Source: a bacterium (GTDB taxonomy: Bacteria; SAR324; NAC60-12). From it: 64,000 nt of DNA. Below the pieces are notes generated by a model that saw only the letters and a program-made list of their open reading frames with translations, was not told the origin of the DNA and searched no databases. The stretch covers positions 1 to 64,000 of the forward strand of contig CBDBHR010000028.1 of assembly GCA_965205865.1 (NCBI GenBank), written 5' to 3'. The translations under genes were made by a program, and so were the position numbers. Below, in pieces: positions 44,566-53,230 of the stretch (position 1 is the stretch's first letter; every line of letters starts with the position of its first letter).

Positions 44566-44730
44566 TTTTTCTGAAAGACAAAGCTGAGTTCGTTTTGCTG
44601 AAAACCAGGCTGAATTCTCTCACAAAACAACACTCCTGAAAAGACAAAACTGTCTGTGGATTTGATTGCAACGTGAGATGTCCCTCTTTTACTCACTTCA
44701 ACAAAGTCGCTTCTTGCTCGCGCGGGAATT

Positions 44731-44759
44731 TTGACAAACCCGGTCTTGCAAGGTATAGC
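44731..44759 (+). promoter_or_regulatory. sigma70 promoter of the pcm-galU-rlu-pgm cluster
   Basis: TTGACA-N17-TATAGC. Confidence 0.55.
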
Positions 44760-44824
44760 ATGTTTTCGAGAAGGAGAGGAAAAACTCCAAACCGGCACCC
44801 GGCAGAAGATTCGACGCTCAAACG

Positions 44825-45445
44825 ATGGCAGTAATGACTCCCAAGGACCTATTGTGTCAGCGCTGGAGAAAATCCCGCATCATCACCAATGAAAGGGTCT
44901 TGTCCGCTTTCATGCGAGTGGCGCGCGAAAAATTCGTTCACGCGAATTCTGTCGATATGGCCTATCTGGACCATCCGCTTCCCATTGGTTATGACCAGAC
45001 GATTTCACAGCCCATGACCGTCCTTGTCATGATTCAACTGCTGGAAGTTGAAAAAAATCACAAAGTTTTGGAAATTGGCGCGGGAAGCGGATACAATGCG
45101 GCCATCCTTTCCATACTGGGTCAATATGTCCATAGCTTGGAAATGATTCCCGAGTTGGTGGCCTTTGCCAGACAGAATATCGACCGCAGCGCCATTACAA
45201 ACGTCGAGGTCCTGCAACGTGATGGCAAACAGGGATACCCCTCTGCTGCTCCTTTTGACCGTATCATCGTGACGGCAGCCGCTTCCGGAGTACCTGAAAA
45301 ATTGCTGGAACAATTGGCGGACGATGGCATTTTGGTCATTCCAGTGGGCAATCCTTATGGATGCGAAATGCTCAAAATCCACAAGCAGGGTCCGGATTTC
45401 AAAACCAGTAAACACGGATTGTTTTCTTTTGTTCCTTTAGTTTGA
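44825..45445 (+). CDS. pcm: protein-L-isoaspartate O-methyltransferase
   Basis: AYLDHPLPIG..QTISQP, VLEIGAGSGY, APFDRIIVTA, FVPL. Confidence 0.95.
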   Translation: MAVMTPKDLLCQRWRKSRIITNERVLSAFMRVAREKFVHANSVDMAYLDHPLPIGYDQTISQPMTVLVMIQLLEVEKNHKVLEIGAGSGYNAAILSILGQYVHSLEMIPELVAFARQNIDRSAITNVEVLQRDGKQGYPSAAPFDRIIVTAAASGVPEKLLEQLADDGILVIPVGNPYGCEMLKIHKQGPDFKTSKHGLFSFVPLV

Positions 45446-45478
45446 ATCACTATATATTTATCATTCTTTCGATTTTTA

Positions 45479-46405
45479 ATGATGAAAGGCGTCATACTGG
45501 CCGCAGGATATGCGACTCGTTTTTTACCGGCCTCCAAAACCATCCCCAAGGAAATGTTTCCATTGGTGGACACTCCGGTGATTGATTTCATCGTACGGGA
45601 AATGGTCACGTCCGGCATTCAGGATATTTTGCTGGTTTCCTCTCGACGGAAAAAAGCCCTGGAGGACTATTTTGACCGCGAAGTCGAATTGGCAACCAGT
45701 TTTTCCCAATCGAATGAATTGAAAAAACTGGAGCGAATTCAACCAATCGCCGTCAATCTCTTCACCATGCGTCAACAATACATGATGGGAACCGGAAACG
45801 CGCTCATGCTGGTAGAGCCTTTTGTGGCAAAAGAACCCTTTGTGGTGGCTTACCCGGACGACGTCATTTTTGATACCCCTCCTCTTTCCAGGCAACTGAT
45901 CGATGCGTACCACCAGACCGGAGATACGATTTTAGCGGTGCAAGAAGTTGCCGGACAAGATGTATCCCGTTACGGCGTGATTGATCCGCAGGGAGACGGC
46001 CCTTTGCTCAAAGTGCGTCGGATGGTGGAAAAACCCGCTCCGGGAACCGAACCCAGCCGCTTTGTTTCTTATGGACGGTACCTGTACACTCCCGAAATCT
46101 TCGAAATTCTGCGGGAAACCGCGCGCAGCCATACCCAGCAAGGAGAGTTCACCCAAACCGAAGCCCTCAATGAACTGGCCAGAAGAGGGCGCGTGTCCGC
46201 GGTTCACTTTCAGGGAGAGCGTTTCGACGTGGGGGAGCCGCTGGGATATGCGCAAACTTCGATCAAACTGGCTTTACGCCGCCAGGAGTATCGCCAACCA
46301 TTGTTGGAATTTCTGCGGAAAGTACTCGAGGAAGAGGAAACGCGCCGGCAAAATGGCGAATCCACCTCGCAACCGGCATCCCCAAAGGCAACTCATGGGA
46401 AGTAG
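45479..46405 (+). CDS. galU: UTP--glucose-1-phosphate uridylyltransferase
   Basis: AAGYATRFLPASKTIPKEM, MVEKP, GRY. Confidence 0.92.
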   Translation: MMKGVILAAGYATRFLPASKTIPKEMFPLVDTPVIDFIVREMVTSGIQDILLVSSRRKKALEDYFDREVELATSFSQSNELKKLERIQPIAVNLFTMRQQYMMGTGNALMLVEPFVAKEPFVVAYPDDVIFDTPPLSRQLIDAYHQTGDTILAVQEVAGQDVSRYGVIDPQGDGPLLKVRRMVEKPAPGTEPSRFVSYGRYLYTPEIFEILRETARSHTQQGEFTQTEALNELARRGRVSAVHFQGERFDVGEPLGYAQTSIKLALRRQEYRQPLLEFLRKVLEEEETRRQNGESTSQPASPKATHGK

Positions 46406-47393
46406 AACGGATGTGGCACACACGGTATTGACATTCCAGTACATGCGGATCAATCAGCAACCCGAAACCTTACTCGGGTTTCTGCTACGAAAGTTTCGCT
46501 ATCACGACCGTGAGGAATGGCTTGATCACATTCAGGCGGGAAGGTTGTTGGTCGACCGCAACATGGGAGATCCCGCACAGTTGCTGAAAAACGGCCAAAT
46601 CGTCCGCTACCTCCGTCCGGACTATCTGGAACCGGCAGTGGACCCATCGTTCGAGGTGATTTTTGAGGACGAATACCTGATTGCCGTCAACAAGTCGGGG
46701 AACCTGCCCACCGCTCCTTCGGGTAAGTACTTCAAAAACACGCTGGTTCATCTCCTTAAAATGTCGTCAGGCTGCCAGAATTTGTACACCCTGCACCGTC
46801 TCGACCGGGAAACCAGTGGGGTTATATTGTTTGCCCGTCAAAAAGAAATTGCGCAGCGCATGGCCGCTCTATTCCGTGAGCATCGAATAGAAAAAACCTA
46901 CACCGCCATCTTGAGCCGTCCTCTTCCTTCACCCGACGTTTTCGTTTCTGTGCCAATCGCGCCGGATCCAAACAGCATCGTTCGTATCAAACAAGGCGTC
47001 GTCCCTGAAGGCAAACTCAGTCAAACCCATTTCCGGGAATTGCAGTGGCCCTTTCGCCAGAACGCGGCAGATGCAAAAATCGGACAATACGCAAAAGTGG
47101 AAGCGGTCCCCTTGACCGGACGCACCCACCAAATTCGAACACACGCCGCTTATCTGGGATGCCCCATTGCCGGAGATAAACTGTATGGTTTGCAAAATGA
47201 CGGGTTCTTGCATTGGCTGCAGAAAGGCGAGGCCTACCTGCGCGAGCAGCGTTTTCCTCTCCATCGCCAGCTTTTACACGCTTGCCGACTGCGTTTCAGA
47301 CATCCGGTGACTGAAAAGGAAATGACCCTTGAAGCATCAGACCACTGCTTGATGGCGGATTATTTTTCCGGTTCTTCACTCTCCCCCGAGTAA
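46395..47393 (+). CDS. RluA-family RNA pseudouridine synthase
   Basis: VNKSGNL, HRLDRETSG, TGRTHQIR, GDKLYG, LLHA; start at 46395 inferred. Confidence 0.92.
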   Translation: MGSRTDVAHTVLTFQYMRINQQPETLLGFLLRKFRYHDREEWLDHIQAGRLLVDRNMGDPAQLLKNGQIVRYLRPDYLEPAVDPSFEVIFEDEYLIAVNKSGNLPTAPSGKYFKNTLVHLLKMSSGCQNLYTLHRLDRETSGVILFARQKEIAQRMAALFREHRIEKTYTAILSRPLPSPDVFVSVPIAPDPNSIVRIKQGVVPEGKLSQTHFRELQWPFRQNAADAKIGQYAKVEAVPLTGRTHQIRTHAAYLGCPIAGDKLYGLQNDGFLHWLQKGEAYLREQRFPLHRQLLHACRLRFRHPVTEKEMTLEASDHCLMADYFSGSSLSPE

Positions 47394-47398
47394 GCCTT

Positions 47399-49108
47399 AT
47401 GGGATCCTTTACCGAGAACGCCCGATATTGGGCCCGGTCCTCCGTTTTTGATCAAGCCACACGCCAGGAAGTGCGGAAGCTCTTGGAGCAACAAGATGTA
47501 AAAGAACTGGCAGACCGGTTTTCCAGCCCCCTCGAATTTGGAACTGCAGGAATGCGGGGCATTATGGCAGCCGGAGTGAACCGTATGAATCGTTATACGG
47601 TTCGTCAAGCCACGGAGGGATTGGCGCGCTACCTCGAAAAACACGCGGACGATGACCATGCCGGCGTAGTGATAGGCTACGACTCCCGCCACAATTCTCC
47701 GCAATTCGCGCAGGCTGCCAGTGAAGTCCTCGCCGCTCATGGTATCCCCGTTTTTTTGTTCCGGGAAATGGCGCCCACTCCCATGGTCTCCTTTGAAGTG
47801 CTCGAGCAGAAGGCCATGGCTGGCATCGTCATTACCGCCAGCCACAACCCTGCCGAGTACAATGGTTATAAAGTCTATTGGAAAAACGGTGGTCAGATCA
47901 TTGCTCCGCAAGATCAGGGTATCATCGCTGAAGTGCGACAAGTGACCGATATGGCATCGATTGCGCACATCCCTTTCGAAAACGCGCTCCGGGAGGGAAT
48001 CATTCAAAAACTCGCGGAAGATTCGGACGCCCGCTATCTGGCAGTCTTGGAAAAACAGGCGCTGGGAGACCCTGCGCAGAACAGACGATTGGCAGTGATC
48101 TACACCCCCTTGCATGGCACGGGCATACGCTGCGTTCCTCCTCTTTTGAGAAAACGGGGTTTCCGACAATTGAAACAAATCGAAGCGCAATGCGTACCTG
48201 ACAGCAATTTTTCCACGGTACGCTCCCCCAATCCCGAAGATGCCCGGGTTTTTGAAATGGCAAGGGCCGCCGCCGCACCCGAAGATGAACTGATCTTAAC
48301 CAACGACCCCGATGCGGACCGGCTTGGAGTGATGCTCCGTCACAATACCGAATGGCGCCACTTGAATGGCAATCAAACAGGGGCTCTCTTGCTGGACTAT
48401 TGGCTGTCACGACTGCAAGCATTGAAAAAACTGCCTGAAGATGGCGTCTTTATGCTGAGCAACGTCTCCTCGCCCTTGGGAACAAAAATCGCCGGCTTTC
48501 ATGGCCTCAGGGTTATCGAAACCCTGACTGGATTCAAATGGATGCGCGCCGAAGCGACGAAGATTGAAGAAGAAGGCAGAGGCACTTTTGTTTTTGCCAT
48601 GGAAGAAAGTCTGGGTTTCCTGGCAGGGAATCATACCGGAGACAAAGACGGCGTGTGGGCGGCCCTGGCATTTGCGGAAATGACCGCCTCCTTGAAAGCC
48701 CGGGGACTGACTCCGCTGGATCGCTTGCGGCAGTTGCACCAGCAATTCGGATTCCATCTGGATGATTTGGAAAATCGTACTTTGCCCGGCATTGACGGTC
48801 GACGGCGGATAGAAGCGATCATGCAGGGTTTTCGCCATCATCCGCCGGCCACGATTGGCGGAAGCCGCTTGCTGCGAATCACGGACCTTCTGGAAAAGCT
48901 GGTGACCACGCCGGGATCCGGCGAAACACTCCCGGGTCCGGATTTGCCCGTTTCCGACGTGCTTATTTTTCAGTTGGAAGACGACGCCCGCGTTATCGTG
49001 CGCCCTTCCGGCACGGAACCTAAAATCAAATACTATTTCAACCTTTGCGGCACCAATGAGGCGTTGTTGCAAGAACGTCTGGATCGTCTCAAAAAAGATA
49101 TGCTATGA
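47399..49108 (+). CDS. pgm: phosphoglucomutase/phosphomannomutase
   Basis: FGTAGMRG, TASHNP, DPDADR, RPSGTEPKIK. Confidence 0.93.
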   Translation: MGSFTENARYWARSSVFDQATRQEVRKLLEQQDVKELADRFSSPLEFGTAGMRGIMAAGVNRMNRYTVRQATEGLARYLEKHADDDHAGVVIGYDSRHNSPQFAQAASEVLAAHGIPVFLFREMAPTPMVSFEVLEQKAMAGIVITASHNPAEYNGYKVYWKNGGQIIAPQDQGIIAEVRQVTDMASIAHIPFENALREGIIQKLAEDSDARYLAVLEKQALGDPAQNRRLAVIYTPLHGTGIRCVPPLLRKRGFRQLKQIEAQCVPDSNFSTVRSPNPEDARVFEMARAAAAPEDELILTNDPDADRLGVMLRHNTEWRHLNGNQTGALLLDYWLSRLQALKKLPEDGVFMLSNVSSPLGTKIAGFHGLRVIETLTGFKWMRAEATKIEEEGRGTFVFAMEESLGFLAGNHTGDKDGVWAALAFAEMTASLKARGLTPLDRLRQLHQQFGFHLDDLENRTLPGIDGRRRIEAIMQGFRHHPPATIGGSRLLRITDLLEKLVTTPGSGETLPGPDLPVSDVLIFQLEDDARVIVRPSGTEPKIKYYFNLCGTNEALLQERLDRLKKDML

Positions 49109-49244
49109 AGATCCGGAATAGCCCATCCAGGCAACTCGGACCGCCTCGAGATTGAATCGTTTTGGCAAGAATGATAGTTTCTCAGTCATGTTACCGTGAA
49201 GAAAACTATCTAACCTACTGAAACTATATGGTTTGTTATTTTTA

Positions 49245-49496
49245 TTCATCCTCCGGGGTGAAAATAATTTACATGAAGGTTACGCGTATATTTTTTGCAT
49301 TCTGCGGTTTCCATGAATACGCTTCACCACAAGTGTGTCATTCCTGGCGAAGACCAGGAATCCAGGAATCACCCTGGAACGCTAGCAAAGTGGATTCCTG
49401 GTCTTCGCCAGGAATGACAACTCGATGAGACGCATAACTGCAAAAATCGTTCACGTAACCTTCATGAAAACTTATGCTTTCACCCCGGAGGATGAA
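49245..49496. repeat. triple-nested inverted repeat (MITE-like)
   Basis: 19-bp IR (49245-49263/49478-49496) encloses a 13-bp IR (49272-49284/49454-49466), which encloses a 29-bp IR (49336-49364/49391-49419). Confidence 0.9.
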
Positions 49497-49537
49497 AATG
49501 TTATATACCAATAGAGGCTGAAGCGCTCGTTTCTCAT

Positions 49538-49746
49538 GTTAGCGACTTGATCCTGTCACGTAACCTGAGCGTAGCTTTCATTGGTTCGCACCCCGGAGTG
49601 TTTCGTAGTATTTCTACAGAAGGTACGGTAAGAAGACCGACTTCAGGATTCAATTTTGATTCATGGAGCCAGGTAACCCAAGAAAGTGATTTTTCAGCCT
49701 CCTTTACGAGTGAAGCCAACTACTACATTCAGGAAAGGAGGAGAAG
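49538..49746 (+). ncRNA. candidate IS110 bridge-RNA-encoding left end
   Basis: Position and length fit established IS110 architecture; contains ACGGTAA and GGTAAC, which match the element's right end; fold not computed. Confidence 0.45.
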
Positions 49747-50973
49747 ATGATTCAACCCTTAGCTCAAAGTAGTGCTGGTCTAGATATTCATCGCGCTGTG
49801 ATTGTGGCCACAGTGCTTCATGAGAATCGCGATGGACAAATAAGCAAAAAGGTCAAAGAATTCGAGACCTTTTCACAAGATTTGGAAGAACTCGCTCAGT
49901 GGTTAAAGCAGTTAAACCCAGAGTTAGTGGTCATGGAATCCACAGGCATTTACTGGAAACAAGTTTATGAGTCTCTCGAAAATGTGGGAATTATTCCTTG
50001 GGTGGTCAATGCCTACCATATCAAAAAAGTTCCTGGTCGAAAGAGCGACGTCCAGGATTCAGAATGGTTAGCAGAACTTGCCTGTTGTGGATTACTCAAA
50101 GCCAGTTTTGTTCCTCCAAAAGATTTTCGTCAACTTCGTTTGTTGACACGTTACCGTAAAAAACTTTCAGGCGTTTTGAGTAGCGAAAAAAATCGCTTGC
50201 ACAAAATCCTTGAAAGTTGTGGTATCAAATTAGGGCTCGTGCTCAGTGACATCGATGGCGTTTCGGCACGAAGAATGATCGCTACTCTCATCGAGAGTGG
50301 CGGGATTCAGCCGGATAAACTTGCCTCCCTTTTAGATGGTAGGTTGCTTCCGAAGTTGGCTCTGATTGAAAAATCATTGTCCACTTCTTTGAGTGAGCGC
50401 CAACGTTTTTTGCTCAAACAGATTCAGGCCCATATGGTATGGCTCGAATCCAGGATAGAGCAAATCGATGAGCAGCTCGTTGCGGCGATGGTCCCGTATC
50501 AGGAGCAATATCACTTATTGCAAACCATTCCTGGAATTGACCACATCTCTGCCACGATGTTACTGGCCGAGCTTAGCACCGATATGGGTGCTTTTCCCAA
50601 TAAACACCATCTTTGTTCATGGGTGGCACTCTCGCCTGGAAACAATGAAAGTGCAGGAAAACGCAAAACCGGTAAAACTCGTAAAGGCAATGCATATGTT
50701 CGTTCATTATTATGTGAATGTGCTAATGCTGCCATCAAAACCAAATCGCAATTTAAAGGACGATATCAAGGCCTTGTGATTCGCCGGGGACACAAGCGTA
50801 GTATCGTTGCCATTGCTCATAAAATGCTTCAAATAATTTACATTGTTCTCAAGAAGCAAGAACCTTATCGAGATCCTCAAATTGATTATGAGGCACTCGT
50901 TGTCAAAAAAAATGCTCCCAGATGGTTGAAGGCGCTTAGTAAATATGGGTATTTGCCAAAAAACTCAAACTGA
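49747..50973 (+). CDS. IS110-family recombinase/transposase
   Basis: GLDIH, VMESTGIYW, KSDVQD (DEDD); TIPGI..PGNNESAGK (catalytic Ser region). Confidence 0.95.
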   Translation: MIQPLAQSSAGLDIHRAVIVATVLHENRDGQISKKVKEFETFSQDLEELAQWLKQLNPELVVMESTGIYWKQVYESLENVGIIPWVVNAYHIKKVPGRKSDVQDSEWLAELACCGLLKASFVPPKDFRQLRLLTRYRKKLSGVLSSEKNRLHKILESCGIKLGLVLSDIDGVSARRMIATLIESGGIQPDKLASLLDGRLLPKLALIEKSLSTSLSERQRFLLKQIQAHMVWLESRIEQIDEQLVAAMVPYQEQYHLLQTIPGIDHISATMLLAELSTDMGAFPNKHHLCSWVALSPGNNESAGKRKTGKTRKGNAYVRSLLCECANAAIKTKSQFKGRYQGLVIRRGHKRSIVAIAHKMLQIIYIVLKKQEPYRDPQIDYEALVVKKNAPRWLKALSKYGYLPKNSN

Positions 50974-51130
50974 GAAGCGCATCACCTAGAAAATCCATCT
51001 GATTGTGGCTAAAACGTGAACTTCAGGCCCACTCACTCTATGTGCGCCCTCAGCCACCAGATATTTTCACGGTAACATCAGTTTCTAATTGCAAATCATT
51101 GCGCACATTTACTTTTGATCAGGGAAATCC

Positions 51131-51709
51131 ATGAGCGACGAAAAACACGAAGACAGTTTGGAAATGATGAGCTTGACGGCCAAAGTTCTCAAATCCCGCA
51201 CGATTATCATTTCAGATCAAGTCAACAACGAATTGGCGAAAAAAGTACTCAATCAACTGCTGTTGCTGGAGCAGGAAGATCCGCAGAAAGAGATCACCGT
51301 CTTCATCAATTGCCCCGGTGGCGAGGTTTTTTCAGGTTTTGCTATTTATGACGCCTTGCAATTCATCCAATGCGAGGTCACGACGATTGTTGCCGGATTT
51401 GCCGCCAGCATGGGCTCGATTCTCAGTCTGGCTGCCACCAAAAGCCGTCGTTTCGCCTTTCCCCGTTCCAAAATCATGATCCACCAACCGCTTTTAACCG
51501 GCTATCAAGGGCGGGCCACGGATCTTGAAATCCAGGCCAATGAAATCCTCAAAACCCGGGATTTCATCATCGATATCTACTGCCAGGCCACCGGCAAAAC
51601 CTATCAAGAAATCAAGATGGCTATCGACCGCGACAATTGGTTCACTGCAGAAGAAGCCTTGGCGTTCGGTCTGATCGACCGCGTGATTTCCTCCCGCAAC
51701 GAGATGTGA
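51131..51709 (+). CDS. clpP: ATP-dependent Clp protease proteolytic subunit
   Basis: INCPGG, AASMGS, IMIHQP, DRDNWF. Confidence 0.94.
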   Translation: MSDEKHEDSLEMMSLTAKVLKSRTIIISDQVNNELAKKVLNQLLLLEQEDPQKEITVFINCPGGEVFSGFAIYDALQFIQCEVTTIVAGFAASMGSILSLAATKSRRFAFPRSKIMIHQPLLTGYQGRATDLEIQANEILKTRDFIIDIYCQATGKTYQEIKMAIDRDNWFTAEEALAFGLIDRVISSRNEM

Positions 51710-52171
51710 GCCGCCACCTGTTGCGCGATCTTCTCCGGAATCGGAGGAGTTGGAGCGAGCCGCTCTTAAGTTCGTCGGTGCTGCCGGCGAGACGAGGCGG
51801 ATCTCGAGCAGAACGCGCTTGTCGATGCGTCCGCTGAGACGTGACACCAGATTAATGAGGCGCATCTGCCAACCGTACTTCTCACGCAGGACTGCGTAGG
51901 CGCGTTTTTCGACGTCGCCGTCCTCAACGATGAATGCCTCCGCGTCAAGCCAAGCGCCGCGCAGGTCTCCGCGACTGCCACAAGCCGCGACGCGGGCGCG
52001 CGGCGAGTTGCGAAGACGCTTGACCTTTCCCGCCCCGGCCTCGGAAAATACGTAGTATCGACCGTCCAACGCCGCGAACCAGACCGCCGTTTCGATCGCC
52101 CTCCCGCTCTTTCGGAAGGTCGCCAGATTGACGTATTTCTCGCCTGTGAGTGGATCCATGGGCGTGGGCAT
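51494..52171 (-). CDS. PPOX-class F420-dependent oxidoreductase with a C-terminal extension antisense to clpP
   Basis: YVNLATFRKSG..AVWF..KVKRLRNSPR..KYG; the domain ends near 51790; visibly GC-richer than its neighbours. Confidence 0.8.
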   Translation of the reverse strand: MPTPMDPLTGEKYVNLATFRKSGRAIETAVWFAALDGRYYVFSEAGAGKVKRLRNSPRARVAACGSRGDLRGAWLDAEAFIVEDGDVEKRAYAVLREKYGWQMRLINLVSRLSGRIDKRVLLEIRLVSPAAPTNLRAARSNSSDSGEDRATGGGSHLVAGGNHAVDQTERQGFFCSEPIVAVDSHLDFLIGFAGGLAVDIDDEIPGFEDFIGLDFKIRGPPLIAG

Positions 52172-52464
52172 TCTAATCCCTCGGAGCGCGTTGTAGCAGG
52201 AAAAAATGATTGCGAATCGGGACCAAATTAATCTCCCCATAAGGGACAATCAAAAATTTACTGAGGACGGTAACATCTGAAAATAGAGGTGTAAAGACAA
52301 AGTTACGGGGAATATTTCTATTTTTTGGCAGGTTTCTCGAAGGGATAAACGGCCTATTCAATTTTTCGCAGTTTTTCTTCCATCCTGCTTTAAAAAACTT
52401 GACTTCGAGTGAGGGGCAGGCGTGGAAATTTGGAATTTTAAACAAAAATTCGGACCTGAAGGGA

Positions 52465-52768
52465 TTCGAGAAAATCTTGGAGGTTCCGGGATTGCTTGTT
52501 CTGAAAGGGGGTCAAGTCTTTCTTTGCTTCGCTTTCCGAGGCATCTTGGCAAATTGAAAAAGATTAAAATTTACATTTTTGCAAACTTGCAAGCCTGACC
52601 CCATTTCGAGAAAATCTTGGAGGTTCCGGGATTGCTTGTTCTGAAAGGGGGTCAAGTCTTTCTTTGCTTCGCTTTCCGAGACATCTTGGCAAATTGAAAA
52701 AGATTAAAATTTACATTTTTGCAAACTTGCAAGCCTGACCCCATTTTTTGCAAGCCTGACCCCATTTT
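52465..52768 (+). repeat. 140-bp tandem duplication (x2) plus an extra TGCAAGCCTGACCCCA copy
   Basis: Units start at 52465 and 52605, with one mismatch noticed; each carries GGGGGTCAAGTC...TGCAAGCCTGACCCC. Confidence 0.9.
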
Positions 52769-52872
52769 CGCGTTTATTATGATATCAATTATGAGCAAGG
52801 CAGGGTTGAAGTTCAGGCGATTGGCATCAAAATTCGAGATAAAATATCCATTGCCGGAGAAGAGATCCCACT

Positions 52873-53145
52873 ATGAAATTCGCATCCTTAGCAGAAGTTA
52901 AAAACCAACTCAGTGCCTTTATTAAACAATGTGAAGAGGGAGAAACCGTGATCATTACCAAAAATGGGAAACCTGCGGTCGCTCTTGTTAACATTGAAGA
53001 TGAAGCGGATTTAGAAAGTCTCCTGTTAGCCAAATCCAATCAGTTTCAACAGATCATTGAAGAATCCCGAAAGAGTTTTCAGCGAGAGGAAGGCATACCT
53101 CATGAGCAATTTTGGGAAGAGATGAAAGAGAAGGAAGACTTATAG
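52873..53145 (+). CDS. Phd/YefM-family antitoxin (no toxin adjacent)
   Basis: SLAEVKNQLS..ETVIITKNGKPAVALV. Confidence 0.9.
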   Translation: MKFASLAEVKNQLSAFIKQCEEGETVIITKNGKPAVALVNIEDEADLESLLLAKSNQFQQIIEESRKSFQREEGIPHEQFWEEMKEKEDL

Positions 53146-53230
53146 CATTGGCTGAATTTGATGCGGAGAACAGGATGCGCGGACTTTTTACAAAAATCCG
53201 GGTAATATCGCAACGAGTTGTTTTAATCCC

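Larger units (their letters stand above)
49535..51078 (+). mobile_element. IS110-family element (ends inferred)
   Basis: CAT at both proposed ends (49535-49537 and 51076-51078); short inverted ends ATGTTAGCG and CGGTAACAT; ~210-nt 5' and ~105-nt 3' non-coding regions. Confidence 0.7.

Noticed and set aside
45981-46394. 138-aa N-terminal extension of the pseudouridine synthase
   Set aside because: Lies wholly inside galU in another frame; the start at 46395 or later is more plausible
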